From Planctomycetaceae bacterium (GTDB taxonomy: Bacteria > Planctomycetota > Planctomycetia > Planctomycetales > Planctomycetaceae), in NCBI GenBank assembly GCA_046349735.1, contig JAXMBU010000026.1:14746-78745 (forward strand): a DNA stretch of 64,000 nt, read 5' to 3'. Positions 20,098-30,230 of this stretch are shown here, piece after piece (position 1 is the first letter of the stretch; each line of letters opens with the position of its first letter). The notes beneath the pieces are model-generated. The model was not told where the DNA came from. It worked only from the letters and a program-made list of their open reading frames with translations, and did not search any database. A program made the translations under genes and the position numbers.

Positions 20098-20724
20098 ATG
20101 ATTTCGGTTCCTGTAAAAGATATGTTGGGTGCGGACTGCGGCACGTTTGCGTTTGAGCCGTCGGAGATCTCCGATGTGATCTGCAAGCAGTTGCTGCATG
20201 ATGCTGTAATTATGTATCGAGCCAATCGTCGTGTTGGTGAGGTGCAGACTAAGTCGCGCGGGATGGTTGCGGGTAGTACTCGCAAGCTGTTCAAGCAAAA
20301 AGGTACCGGTCGTGCTCGAGCGGGTGGTATTCGTACTCCTGTTCGTCGCGGTGGCGGTCATGCGTTCGGTAAGAAGCCTCGAGACTATTATTATCGATTG
20401 CCAAAGAAGGCTGTTCAGAAGGCGACCAGAATGGCGCTGCTGAGCAAGTTTCAGGATTCGCAGGCTGTCGTTCTGAAGGGCTGGGATTGCTCCGCTCCAA
20501 AGACAAAGGTTGTTGCAGGCTTTCTGAAGGCCGTTGGGCTGCAGGGCAAGAGTGTGTTGCTGGCTACTGAGGGTGTGAATCAGAATGTTTGGCGTTCAGC
20601 GCGAAACATCGAAGGTGTTCAGGTTCTGCCGGGCAGCGACTTGAATGCTTACAGCTTGCTGCGACAGCGGCACTTGGTAATCACTGTTGGTGAGATGAAT
20701 CGGATTCTGGGCCGTCAGGCCTGA
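20098..20724 (+). CDS. rplD: 50S ribosomal protein L4 (uL4)
   Basis: Contains KQKGTGRARAGGIRTPVRRGGGHAFG. Start taken at ATG 20098 (MISVPVKD); alternatives are TTG 20077 and ATG 20080, which overlap the rplC stop. Confidence 0.93.
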   Translation: MISVPVKDMLGADCGTFAFEPSEISDVICKQLLHDAVIMYRANRRVGEVQTKSRGMVAGSTRKLFKQKGTGRARAGGIRTPVRRGGGHAFGKKPRDYYYRLPKKAVQKATRMALLSKFQDSQAVVLKGWDCSAPKTKVVAGFLKAVGLQGKSVLLATEGVNQNVWRSARNIEGVQVLPGSDLNAYSLLRQRHLVITVGEMNRILGRQA

Positions 20725-20750
20725 TTTCAGATATTGGGGTCGGTGTAGTA

Positions 20751-21059
20751 ATGGCTTCTTTCTTTGCGACTGGTGTAGTTCTCGAGCCTCATCAGGTGAT
20801 CCGCCGTCCGTTGGTAACGGAAAAGGGCACTCACTTGTCAGAGAAGCAGAATGCCTATTCGTTCGAGGTGCATCCTCTGGCGACGAAATCGGACATCAAG
20901 GCCGCTGTTCAGCAGCTTTGGGATGTGCGAGTTGTTGCAGTCAGGACGCAGACTCGGCTTGGTAAGCCTCGCCGTCACAAGATGGTTGTGGGTTTGACTC
21001 GTTCCTGGAAGAAGGCTGTCGTGAAACTTCACGACGAAGACCGTATTGCGTTCTTCTAG
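20751..21059 (+). CDS. rplW: 50S ribosomal protein L23 (uL23)
   Basis: 102 aa. Contains IRRPLVTEKGT and AVVKL. Canonical position. Confidence 0.95.
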   Translation: MASFFATGVVLEPHQVIRRPLVTEKGTHLSEKQNAYSFEVHPLATKSDIKAAVQQLWDVRVVAVRTQTRLGKPRRHKMVVGLTRSWKKAVVKLHDEDRIAFF

Positions 21060-21110
21060 GATTAGGCGTCGTCGCTGAAGATTCTTGTCGTGTGGATGTG
21101 AGCGGTAATC

Positions 21111-21965
21111 ATGGGGATTCGATTTTACAAACCAGTCACTCCGGGTCGTCGTGGAGCCTCTGTTAGCGATTTCGCGGAAATCACTGACAAGAAGAAGCGC
21201 CCAGAGAAGGAGCTGACTAGTCGCTATAAGAAAAAGGGCGGCCGCAACAATCAGGGCAAGATTACAGCTCTGCATCGCGGTGGTGGCCACAAGCGGCTCT
21301 ATCGCCAGATTGACTTCCGTCGGGATAAGGACGGGGTTGTTGGCACTGTGACCCATATCGAGTATGACCCAAATCGTTCAAGTCGCATTGCGTTGGTGCA
21401 GTACGCGGACGGCGAGAAGCGTTATATTTTGGCTCCGGAAGGCCTGAAGGCTGGGAACAAAGTTGAGAGCGGCGCTAACCTCGAGCCGAACATTGGGAAT
21501 TGCATGCCTCTGGCTGTGATTCCTCCGGGAACTGTGATTCACAATATCGAGATGCAGCCCGGCCGCGGTGGCCAGTTGTGTCGAAGTGCTGGCGTCGGGG
21601 CTACTCTCAACGCCCGCGAAGGTCGCTGGGCTCAGGTGACGTTGCCAAGCGGTGAAGTTCGACGTCTGCCGAGCAGCTGTCGAGCGACCATCGGCGTTTT
21701 GGGCAATTCAGAGCACAGTAGCATTAATATTGGTAAGGCTGGTCGTAATCGCTGGAAGGGTATCCGACCGCGAGTTCGTGGTACTGCGATGAACCCGATT
21801 GCTCACCCGATGGGTGGTGGTGAAGGGCGAAATTCCGGGGGTCGACATCCCTGCAGTCCAACCGGCAAGCTGGCGAAGGGTGGCCGCACCAGAAGCAAGA
21901 AGAAAGCTTCTTCAAAGGCAATCATCCGCCGGCGTCGGTCAGTTCGTTACGGTCAGGTCAAGTAG
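21111..21965 (+). CDS. rplB: 50S ribosomal protein L2 (uL2)
   Basis: 284 aa. Contains GGGHKRLYR and [18 protein letters not shown]. Confidence 0.98.
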   Translation: MGIRFYKPVTPGRRGASVSDFAEITDKKKRPEKELTSRYKKKGGRNNQGKITALHRGGGHKRLYRQIDFRRDKDGVVGTVTHIEYDPNRSSRIALVQYADGEKRYILAPEGLKAGNKVESGANLEPNIGNCMPLAVIPPGTVIHNIEMQPGRGGQLCRSAGVGATLNAREGRWAQVTLPSGEVRRLPSSCRATIGVLGNSEHSSINIGKAGRNRWKGIRPRVRGTAMNPIAHPMGGGEGRNSGGRHPCSPTGKLAKGGRTRSKKKASSKAIIRRRRSVRYGQVK

Positions 21966-21991
21966 GCTTCGGATCTTGGAAGGGTGTTTGA

Positions 21992-22261
21992 ATGGGTCGC
22001 TCGCTGAAGAAGGGTCCTTATGTTGACCCACGAGTGCTTGAAAAGGTTGAGAAGCTGAACGAAGCAGGGCGTAAGGAACCTGTTAAGACTTGGGCGCGCC
22101 GTTGTACGATTTCGCCTGAGTTTGTTGGGCACACATTTTTGGTTCACAATGGTCGGGCTCACATCAGTGTTTATGTGACTGAGGACATGGTCGGTCACAA
22201 GCTGGGTGAATTCTCATCAACGCGGACGTTCCGCGGGCACGGTTCAAAAGGTAAGAAGTAG
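21992..22261 (+). CDS. rpsS: 30S ribosomal protein S19 (uS19)
   Basis: 89 aa. Contains [12 protein letters not shown] and [16 protein letters not shown]. Confidence 0.98.
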   Translation: MGRSLKKGPYVDPRVLEKVEKLNEAGRKEPVKTWARRCTISPEFVGHTFLVHNGRAHISVYVTEDMVGHKLGEFSSTRTFRGHGSKGKK

Positions 22262-22263
22262 TC

Positions 22264-22608
22264 ATGGCGTCGATACGTGCTGTTCACCGCTTCGCTCGCA
22301 TTTCCCCTACGAAGATTCGACCTTTCGCGGATATGATCCGCGGGATGTCGGCCGAGCAGGGTCTGAATGCTTTGGCGTATGAGCCTAATCGAGGTGCTCG
22401 TTTTATTGAACGAGTTCTTAAGAGTGCCATTGCAAACGCAGAAGATCGTGGCGTTCGTAGCCCGGATCGACTGAAGATTTCCGAGGCGCGTGTAGACGGT
22501 GGTCCGATGTTCAAGCGGGTCCATGCCAGAGCACGCGGGATGGCGAATTTGATTCGACGGCGCACAGCCCACATTCACGTGGCCATTGATGCACCGGAGT
22601 TGGGCTAA
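22264..22608 (+). CDS. rplV: 50S ribosomal protein L22 (uL22)
   Basis: 114 aa. Contains ARISPTKIRPFADMIRG and SAIANAE. Confidence 0.96.
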   Translation: MASIRAVHRFARISPTKIRPFADMIRGMSAEQGLNALAYEPNRGARFIERVLKSAIANAEDRGVRSPDRLKISEARVDGGPMFKRVHARARGMANLIRRRTAHIHVAIDAPELG

Positions 22609-23278
22609 TCTTTTTGCAGTCAGGTCAGGATCACGGTTATGGGTCAAAAAGTCAGGCCAACAGGGTTTCGCGTCGGGGTCATGGAGACTTGGCGAAGTCG
22701 TTGGTACGCGTCAAAGAAGGAATTCGGGGATCTATTGCTTGAGGACCAGAAGATCCGCAAGTTCGTGGCGACAAAATATGAGTTTGCCGAGATTGCCCGC
22801 GTGGAGATTGAACGAACTCGAGATCAAGTTGTCGTGCATATGCACACTGCTCGGCCTGGGGTAATTATCGGGCGTAAAGGCCAGGAAGTCGACAAGCTGA
22901 AGGCCGAACTGGAGGATCTCACCGGGCGTCGAATGGACGTCAAGATCGTGGAGATCACCAATCCAAATCGGAATTCTCGACTGGTGGCGATGAAGATTGC
23001 CCAGCAGTTACAGAAGCGTGGCAGCTTCCGCCGTGCTATTAAGAAAACTCTCGACGAAGTGATGAGTGCTGGTGTTGAGGGAGTGAAGATACAGATGTCG
23101 GGTCGTCTTGGCGGTGCTGAGATGTCTCGACAGGAAAAGGCGAGTCGTGGTTCGATTCCCTTGTCCACTCTTCGTCGTCATATCGATTATGGCTTTGCTG
23201 AATCGAAAACGGCGATGGGTATCATCGGTGTGAAAGTGTGGATTGATTTGGGCGATTATTCGAACGAGGAGACTGCAG

Positions 23279-23698
<420 letters not shown>

Positions 23699-23719
23699 GT
23701 TGAGTTTGTTGAGGTCGAT

Positions 23720-23920
23720 ATGGCTAAGCCTTCCGCAATTCGCGAGATGTCCGATGAGCAGCTGCAGCACGAACTGCGGGAAGCTCAACAGTCGCTTTTT
23801 CGTTTGCGAGTGCAGGCTGCGACTGAGCGAAATGATGTTCCAAGCAACGTGAAGAAGCTGCGACGAGACATCGCACGTATGTTCACGGTTCAGCGCGAGC
23901 GAGAACTTTCTAAGATTTGA
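23720..23920 (+). CDS. rpmC: 50S ribosomal protein L29 (uL29)
   Basis: 66 aa. Contains IREMSDEQLQHELREAQQSLFRLRVQ. Confidence 0.95.
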   Translation: MAKPSAIREMSDEQLQHELREAQQSLFRLRVQAATERNDVPSNVKKLRRDIARMFTVQRERELSKI

Positions 23921-23933
23921 TGGGTGCTGTGCG

Positions 23934-24194
23934 ATGAGAAAGATACTGGTTGGTGTTGTTGCTCGCGATCCTCGTCCGAATACACTGCGGGTCGAGATTG
24001 ATCGTCGTATGAAGCATCCGAAGTACGGGAAGATCATTCGTGGCCGGACTGTTTGTCACGTCCATGACGAGCAATGCATTGCCAAGAAGGGGGACACAGT
24101 GGAGATCGTCGAGTGTCCGCCGAAGTCGAAGCTAAAGCGTTGGGAACTCGTGCGTGTCGTCAATACGTCTGTGATCCCAGTGGCTGCCGAGTAG
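23934..24194 (+). CDS. rpsQ: 30S ribosomal protein S17 (uS17)
   Basis: 86 aa. Contains VGVVARD, HPKYGK, HVHDE and KGDTVEIVECPPKSKLKRW. Confidence 0.96.
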   Translation: MRKILVGVVARDPRPNTLRVEIDRRMKHPKYGKIIRGRTVCHVHDEQCIAKKGDTVEIVECPPKSKLKRWELVRVVNTSVIPVAAE

Positions 24195-24230
24195 TGGGTT
24201 TGGCTTTGGCCGAAATTGTGAGGTTGAATC

Positions 24231-24599
24231 ATGATACAGATGCAGACTCTGCTCGACGTTGCTGACAACTCGGGTGCGAAGACCGCCCGTTGCATTAAGG
24301 TGTTGGGGGGCACTCGACGCCGGTATGCGGGATTGGGCGACATTGTCGTGGTGAGTGTTCAAAAGGCACTGGCTGGTAGCGCGATCAAGTCCGGCTCGGT
24401 GGTTAAGGGCGTGGTGGTGCGAACGAGAAAGGCCGCTCGGCGTGCTGACGGGTCTTATGTGAAGTTCGACCGCAACGCGATTGTTATCGTCGACAACGAT
24501 GGTAATCCGAAGGGCACGCGAATCTTCGGTGCGGTGGCTCGTGAGTTGCGTGATCGTCGCTATATGAAGATCGTGAGCCTTGCGAGTGAAGTGGTTTAG
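24231..24599 (+). CDS. rplN: 50S ribosomal protein L14 (uL14)
   Basis: 122 aa. Starts [17 protein letters not shown]. Confidence 0.98.
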   Translation: MIQMQTLLDVADNSGAKTARCIKVLGGTRRRYAGLGDIVVVSVQKALAGSAIKSGSVVKGVVVRTRKAARRADGSYVKFDRNAIVIVDNDGNPKGTRIFGAVARELRDRRYMKIVSLASEVV

Positions 24600-24631
24600 T
24601 TTTTCGGCTGTTATTTTAAGAGTTAGCAGAC

Positions 24632-25177
24632 ATGACCCGGTTGCACGAAGAATATCGTAGCCGAATTATCCCTGAGCTGAAGGCGTCGCTCGGTAAGTCT
24701 AACATCCATGCGGTCCCTCGATTGCAGAAAATCGTGGTCAGCATGGGCGTCGGTGAGGCTGTTAATGACCGCAAACGTCTGGATCAGGCTGTTGACCAGC
24801 TGACTCAGCTCGCGGGTCAAAAAGCTCAGATTACGCGAGCAAGGAAATCTGTTTCTGGTTTCCGGTTGCGAGAAGGTCAACCGATCGGTTGCAGAGTGAC
24901 CTTGCGCAGCAAGAGAATGTACGATTTCCTTGATCGGTTGATCACTTTGGCGCTGCCACGAGTAAGAGACTTTCGGGGCGTTAGTGCTAAGGGTTTCGAC
25001 GGAAACGGGAACTACAACTGCGGTTTGACTGAACAGTTGGTGTTTCCAGAGATTGACCCTGAGACCGTGACAGCTACGCAGGGGATGAACATCACCTTCG
25101 TTACAACAGCTGTGACGGACGATGAGGGACGAGCTTTGTTGAAAGCATTCGGAATGCCTTTCAAGACTGAAGAGTAG
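24632..25177 (+). CDS. rplE: 50S ribosomal protein L5 (uL5)
   Basis: 181 aa. Contains VPRLQKIVVSMGVGEA and RDFRGV. Starts only 32 nt after the rplN stop, so no rplX lies between them. Confidence 0.97.
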   Translation: MTRLHEEYRSRIIPELKASLGKSNIHAVPRLQKIVVSMGVGEAVNDRKRLDQAVDQLTQLAGQKAQITRARKSVSGFRLREGQPIGCRVTLRSKRMYDFLDRLITLALPRVRDFRGVSAKGFDGNGNYNCGLTEQLVFPEIDPETVTATQGMNITFVTTAVTDDEGRALLKAFGMPFKTEE

Positions 25178-25212
25178 TTTTTCTGTGCAGAATTGGGTTT
25201 TGAGATCGGGCA

Positions 25213-25398
25213 ATGGCAAGCAAAGCAAAAATTGAAAAGGCAAATCGAACTCCGAAGTTCAGCAGTCGGCAGGAGCATCGTTGCATGCTGTGCGGCCGGC
25301 CTCGTGCTGTATATCGTAAGTTCAAGGTGTGTCGAATTTGCTTCAGAAATCTGGCGTTGGATGGTCTGATCCCGGGTGTCAAGAAGGCCAGTTGGTAG
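25213..25398 (+). CDS. rpsN: 30S ribosomal protein S14, short zinc-binding type Z (uS14)
   Basis: 61 aa. [22 protein letters not shown] has CxxC...CxxC. Ends KKASW. Confidence 0.96.
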   Translation: MASKAKIEKANRTPKFSSRQEHRCMLCGRPRAVYRKFKVCRICFRNLALDGLIPGVKKASW

Positions 25399-25417
25399 AA
25401 CGAGAGTTGGTGTTGAT

Positions 25418-25813
25418 ATGATGACTGATCCAATTGCAGACTTGCTGACGCGAATCCGGAATGGTGTTCAGGTAGAGCGTCCGTTTGTGGATGTTCCTGC
25501 TTCAAAGATTAAGGTTAGTATCGTCGAGGCTCTTCAGCGCGAAGGCTTCGTTTGGGACTACGAAATCGTCGACGCTGAGTGTGGTAAGACGTTGCGCGTC
25601 AACCTGAAGTATGGTCCGGCCGGTGAGCATGTGATTCAGCACATTGAACGCGTGTCGAAGCCTGGCTGTCGGGTTTACTGTGCGGTGTCTGAGATGAAGG
25701 ACATTCGCCAGGGGACTGGTATCGCGGTGCTCTCGACGTCGAAGGGTGTTTTGAGCAATCGAGAGGCTCGTAAGCTTGGTGTAGGCGGGGAACTGGTTTG
25801 TCAGGTTTGGTAG
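25418..25813 (+). CDS. rpsH: 30S ribosomal protein S8 (uS8)
   Basis: Start MMTDPIADLLTRIRNG at ATG 25418 (the ORF opens at 25376 and would overlap rpsN). Confidence 0.96.
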   Translation: MMTDPIADLLTRIRNGVQVERPFVDVPASKIKVSIVEALQREGFVWDYEIVDAECGKTLRVNLKYGPAGEHVIQHIERVSKPGCRVYCAVSEMKDIRQGTGIAVLSTSKGVLSNREARKLGVGGELVCQVW

Positions 25814-25849
25814 AGTGGCTGGTTGTAATCGCTTTTGGATGAATTCGTC

Positions 25850-26392
25850 ATGTCGAGAATTGGGAAAAAGCCGGTCGCTATTCCTGCCGGGGTCAAGGTT
25901 GACGTCAATGGAAGCAATGTGTCCGCAAAAGGGCCCGCCGGTGAGTTGGCGTTGACCGTGCACCCATTGATGCAGGTCGTTGTGGATGGGGGCTTTGTTT
26001 CGATTAATCGTCCGGACGATAAACGAAGCAGCCGTGCCCTGCATGGGCTGACACGAAGTTTGATTCAGAACATGGTTTCCGGGGTTGTAAAGCCCTTTGA
26101 AAAGAAGCTTGAGATTCAGGGTGTTGGTTATAACGCCAGTCTCTCTGGTGCAAAGTTAACGTTGCAAGTCGGGTTCGCGAATAAGATCGTTCTTGAGGTT
26201 CCTGCCGGCGTCAAGTGCGAGGTGCCTGATGCCACGCACGTGATTATTAAGAGTTCGAACAAGCAGGCGTGCGGTCAGTTTGCGGCGGAGATTCGTTCAG
26301 TCCGTCCACCTGAACCATACAAGGGCAAGGGAATTCGGTACCAGGACGAGTTCGTTCGACGTAAGGCTGGTAAGGCCTTTGGTTCTAAGTAA
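25850..26392 (+). CDS. rplF: 50S ribosomal protein L6 (uL6)
   Basis: Start MSRIGKKPVAIPAGV at ATG 25850. Also contains PEPYKGKGIRY. Confidence 0.96.
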   Translation: MSRIGKKPVAIPAGVKVDVNGSNVSAKGPAGELALTVHPLMQVVVDGGFVSINRPDDKRSSRALHGLTRSLIQNMVSGVVKPFEKKLEIQGVGYNASLSGAKLTLQVGFANKIVLEVPAGVKCEVPDATHVIIKSSNKQACGQFAAEIRSVRPPEPYKGKGIRYQDEFVRRKAGKAFGSK

Positions 26393-26423
26393 TTGTCTTG
26401 CCTTCTAAGAGTTGAGTGTAGCG

Positions 26424-26795
26424 ATGAGTGTTCGTTCCCGTCTTGCGTTGCAGCAGAAGCGTCGTCAGTATCGAGTCCGGAATCGAGTGGTCCGGGATTG
26501 CCACGGGCGACTGCGTTTGAGCGTTTTCCGAAGCAATCGCCACATGTACGCTCAGGTTATCGACGATGCTGCCGGGAAGACATTGGTCTCGGCTAGTACT
26601 GTGGAAGCGGAGATTGCTGGTCCCGGTGGTGTTGGTGGGGATCAGGAATCGGCGAGGAAGGTCGGTCAGCTTGTTGCTGAGCGTGCGGTGAAGGTTGGGA
26701 TTACACAGGTCGTGTTCGATCGAGGCCGATTTGCCTACCATGGTCGAGTAGCGGCGCTTGCTGATGCAGCTCGTGAAGCAGGGTTGGACTTCTAA
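26424..26795 (+). CDS. rplR: 50S ribosomal protein L18 (uL18)
   Basis: Contains [23 protein letters not shown] 26424 chosen; an alternative TTG lies at 26412. Confidence 0.94.
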   Translation: MSVRSRLALQQKRRQYRVRNRVVRDCHGRLRLSVFRSNRHMYAQVIDDAAGKTLVSASTVEAEIAGPGGVGGDQESARKVGQLVAERAVKVGITQVVFDRGRFAYHGRVAALADAAREAGLDF

Positions 26796-26824
26796 AGAGT
26801 ATTGGTTGGATTTGTCTGAGTTGA

Positions 26825-27322
26825 TTGGCGAGGTGTCGCGTGTCGTCCGCAGAAGTAAAAAGTGATTCCGGTGAACGAGTTGTTCAGATTCGCCGATGCG
26901 CGTGCGTCGTTAAGGGCGGTCGTCGCTTTAGTTTTGCAGCTCTAGTTGTGACTGGTGACGGGCACGGTAGAGTTGGCTACGGATACGGCAAGGCGATTGA
27001 AGTACCGCTCGCGGTTGACAAGGCGACGAAGCAGTCGAACCGCAGCCAGATGAGCGTGGCGGTCGTTGGGACCACGATTCCGCATCAGGTGATTGGAGAA
27101 TTCCGGTCGTCGCGCGTGCTTCTGCTGCCTGCTAAACCAGGTACCGGCATCATTGCGGGCGACTGTGTTCGCTCGGTGGTGGAAGCGGTTGGGATCACTG
27201 ATATTTTGACAAAGGCCTATGGTTCCACGAATCCGTTGAACCTCGTAAAGGCTACGATGGAAGCTCTGAAGAAGCTCCGTACGCGAGAGCAGATTGAACG
27301 ACTGCGAGGGGTGTCGCTGTGA
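26825..27322 (+). CDS. rpsE: 30S ribosomal protein S5 (uS5)
   Basis: Contains [33 protein letters not shown] 26825 or GTG 26840 could be the start. Confidence 0.94.
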   Translation: MARCRVSSAEVKSDSGERVVQIRRCACVVKGGRRFSFAALVVTGDGHGRVGYGYGKAIEVPLAVDKATKQSNRSQMSVAVVGTTIPHQVIGEFRSSRVLLLPAKPGTGIIAGDCVRSVVEAVGITDILTKAYGSTNPLNLVKATMEALKKLRTREQIERLRGVSL

Positions 27323-27780
27323 TTTTGAATGATGTGCAAAGTGGTAATGAACCTCGGAAGGCTCGCAAGCGTATCGGTCGCGGTACTGGTTCCGGTCATG
27401 GTAAGACCGCGGGCCGTGGACATAAGGGCTTCTTTAGCCGCTCAGGCTCTTCACGTCGTGTTGGGTTTCAGGGCGGTCAGATGCCTCTGTTCCGCAGGGT
27501 AGCAAAGCGTGGGTTCAGCAACAACTTCTTCGCGGCGGATGTTGCTGTGATCAATGTTGGGGAGCTGAATGATGCGTTCGACGCAGGCGCAGAGGTAACG
27601 CCGGAGCTGCTTGTTCAGAAAGGTCTTGTCAGAAGCTCGTTCGAGGAGCTGAAGGTCCTCGGCGACGGTGAACTGACGAAGAGTCTGAAGATTTCTGCTC
27701 ATCGTTTTTCAGCCTCTGCGGAGTCGAAGATTTCTGCGGCAGGCGGCTCCTACAGCGTTATTGCCGTAGGCAGTTTCTAA
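27319..27780 (+). CDS. rplO: 50S ribosomal protein L15 (uL15)
   Basis: 153 aa. Contains [20 protein letters not shown]. The start overlaps the rpsE stop (GTGA), so no rpmD lies between. Confidence 0.96.
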   Translation: MILNDVQSGNEPRKARKRIGRGTGSGHGKTAGRGHKGFFSRSGSSRRVGFQGGQMPLFRRVAKRGFSNNFFAADVAVINVGELNDAFDAGAEVTPELLVQKGLVRSSFEELKVLGDGELTKSLKISAHRFSASAESKISAAGGSYSVIAVGSF

Positions 27781-27818
27781 TATCAGGTCCAGGGACTTAG
27801 ACAGGAAAGGGGAGCGGA

Positions 27819-29189
27819 ATGTTTGCAAAGCTGCTGACGGTCTTTCGCATCCCTGAATTGCGACGCAAGATTGTGCTGACTGTGGTTCTGCTGGCCGTTT
27901 ACCGGCTGGGGTTTCACATCACGTTGCCCTTCATGGATCACGACGCGATTAAGAGCGTCATGGAGAATGCGCAAAGTGGAACCACCGGTGTAGCAGGCTT
28001 GCTGCAGGTTGTCTCTGTCTTTTCGGCGTCTTCATTGCAGAGTGGCTCCGTATTTGGTCTGGGGATTATGCCGTATATTACGGCATCGATCGTTTTTCAG
28101 TTGTTGGGGACGGTTTATCCTCCCCTAGAAGCGCTGCAGAAGGAAGGCGAATCGGGCCGGCGTAGACTCAACGAGTATACTCGGTACGCGACCGTGTTTG
28201 TTTGTGTTCTGCAGAGTTTTGGTCTTTTGTGGTCGATGCGAGGTGGTGCACCCGGTCAGGCCGCGATATTGCAGGAATATGACACGATCGGCTGGTTGAT
28301 CTTCGGTACGATTTTGATGACTGCTGGCACAGTGTTCCTCATGTGGATCGGCGAGCAGATCGATGCGTATGGTATCGGAAATGGGATCAGCCTGTTGATC
28401 ATGGCGGGTATTTTGGCGCGGATGCCGGAGATCGCCAGCAAGTGGATTGCGGGCATTCAGTCCAGCGGGCTGCAGATCGGAAGTCAGTACGGTATCGAGC
28501 GCTTGTTGGTGATGGCGGCTTTGTTTGTATGTGTGATTGCCGTTGTGGTGTTCATTACCCAAGGGCAGCGGAGGATTCCGATTCAAAGCGCCAAGCATGT
28601 GCGTGGTCGTCGAGTGATGGGCGGAAATCGGCAATGGTTGCCACTTCGAGTGAACCAGTCGGGCGTGATGCCGATCATCTTCTCGAGCAGTTTGCTGATG
28701 ATTCCATATTTTGTGTTTACTCAGATCGGATCCATGTTCGGTCCTGACTCAGGCGTTGGCGGCGTGTTTGGTGCCATAGGAGCAGCATTTGCACCGGGTC
28801 AGGGATTTGTCTATAGTTTGGCTTACATCGTCCTGATCTACTTCTTTTGTTATTTTTGGACGGCGATCACTTTCAATCCGAAAGAGATGGCGGAGAATCT
28901 TAAGGATAACGGAAGCTTCATACCGGGTTATCGTCCCGGATCACGGACAGCCAGTCATCTTGAGCAGGTTATGCTGCGGATCACGTACGTGGGGGCTGCG
29001 TTCCTTGCGGTTATCGCTGTTATTCCGACGATTGTTTCCAACACTGTTACTCAGGACTTTGTTACCGCGAGTTTCTTCGGAGGTACGGGCCTGTTGATTA
29101 TTGTATCTGTCGCACTTGATCTGGTGCAGAAGATTGATTCGCACTTGGTTATGCGAAATTATCCCGGTTTGCTTGATTCAGACAAGTAG
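27819..29189 (+). CDS. secY: Preprotein translocase subunit SecY
   Basis: 456 aa polytopic membrane protein in the canonical position after rplO. Contains GIMPYITASI. Confidence 0.97.
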   Translation: MFAKLLTVFRIPELRRKIVLTVVLLAVYRLGFHITLPFMDHDAIKSVMENAQSGTTGVAGLLQVVSVFSASSLQSGSVFGLGIMPYITASIVFQLLGTVYPPLEALQKEGESGRRRLNEYTRYATVFVCVLQSFGLLWSMRGGAPGQAAILQEYDTIGWLIFGTILMTAGTVFLMWIGEQIDAYGIGNGISLLIMAGILARMPEIASKWIAGIQSSGLQIGSQYGIERLLVMAALFVCVIAVVVFITQGQRRIPIQSAKHVRGRRVMGGNRQWLPLRVNQSGVMPIIFSSSLLMIPYFVFTQIGSMFGPDSGVGGVFGAIGAAFAPGQGFVYSLAYIVLIYFFCYFWTAITFNPKEMAENLKDNGSFIPGYRPGSRTASHLEQVMLRITYVGAAFLAVIAVIPTIVSNTVTQDFVTASFFGGTGLLIIVSVALDLVQKIDSHLVMRNYPGLLDSDK

Positions 29190-29219
29190 CCAGTCGGCGG
29201 CTTCTAGAGTGGTGATGTG

Positions 29220-29336
29220 ATGAAGGTTCGGTCCAGCGTTAAGCGAATTTGTGATTCTTGCAAACTGGTTCGACGCCAGGGCAAGATTTTCGTTATTTGT
29301 TCGTCGAATCCTCGGCACAAACAGCGTCAGGGCTGA
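29220..29336 (+). CDS. rpmJ: 50S ribosomal protein L36 (bL36), zinc-ribbon type
   Basis: Absent from the ORF track because it is under 60 aa. I translated it by hand: [38 protein letters not shown], stop TGA at 29334-29336. Confidence 0.93.
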   Translation: MKVRSSVKRICDSCKLVRRQGKIFVICSSNPRHKQRQG

Positions 29337-29371
29337 TTGATAGCATTTGAGAGTGGTTGTGGAGATTTGAA

Positions 29372-29758
29372 ATGCCCCGCGTTCTTGGTGTCGACATCCC
29401 GAACAATAAGCCAACGTACATATCGTTGAGCTATCTGTATGGTATTGGCCCGTTTCTCGCCATTCAGATTTGCTACGAGTTGGGTGTTGACCCGCATGTG
29501 CGTGCAGGTGAACTGAGCGAAGATGAGGTGAGTCGGATTACGACTCACCTTGATAAGAACTACACGGTGGAGGGTCCTCTTCGTCGTAAGATTCAGCAGG
29601 ATATTGGACGTCTTCGCGAGATTCAGTGTTATCGTGGTGTGCGTCACCGTAAAGGTCTGCCTGTTCGCGGTCAGCGGACAAAGACAAATGCCAGAACTCG
29701 CAAGGGGCGGAAGAAGACCGTTGCGGGTAAGAAGGGCGTTAAGGATCTTAAGCACTAG
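29372..29758 (+). CDS. rpsM: 30S ribosomal protein S13 (uS13)
   Basis: Start MPRVLGVDIPNNK at ATG 29372 (the ORF opens at 29357). Confidence 0.96.
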   Translation: MPRVLGVDIPNNKPTYISLSYLYGIGPFLAIQICYELGVDPHVRAGELSEDEVSRITTHLDKNYTVEGPLRRKIQQDIGRLREIQCYRGVRHRKGLPVRGQRTKTNARTRKGRKKTVAGKKGVKDLKH

Positions 29759-29803
29759 TCCAGGTTGGTTCAGTATTGGCTCATTTGTGATTGAGAGAGT
29801 AGC

Positions 29804-30184
29804 GTGGCGAAAGTTAAGAAGAAGAAAGTCCGTCGTAACGTCAACAAGGGCGTTGTCTATATCAAGGCGACGTTCAACAACACGATTGTGACGATGACAG
29901 ACGCTGCGGGCGACGTGCTTTGCTGGGCGACTGCCGGTACCGTGGGTTTCAAGGGCTCACGAAAGAGTACTCCGTTCGCGGCGCAACGCGCGGCAGAGAT
30001 TGTCGCTGAGAAGGCTTCGAAGGTTGGCGTGCGGGAAGTTGAAGTGCGCGTCAAGGGGCCCGGTGCAGGTCGGGAAAGTGCGATCACTGGCCTTCAGGCG
30101 TCAGGGATGGCTATTCGGTCGATTGAAGATATTACTCCGCTGCCTCACAATGGTTGCCGTCCGCCAAAGCGTCGGCGAGTTTAG
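29804..30184 (+). CDS. rpsK: 30S ribosomal protein S11 (uS11)
   Basis: GTG start. Contains [18 protein letters not shown] and [13 protein letters not shown]. Confidence 0.97.
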   Translation: MAKVKKKKVRRNVNKGVVYIKATFNNTIVTMTDAAGDVLCWATAGTVGFKGSRKSTPFAAQRAAEIVAEKASKVGVREVEVRVKGPGAGRESAITGLQASGMAIRSIEDITPLPHNGCRPPKRRRV

Positions 30185-30230
30185 TTGGCATTGTGTTGGT
30201 TTTTGATGTTATTGAGTTTTGGGGGCGGCT

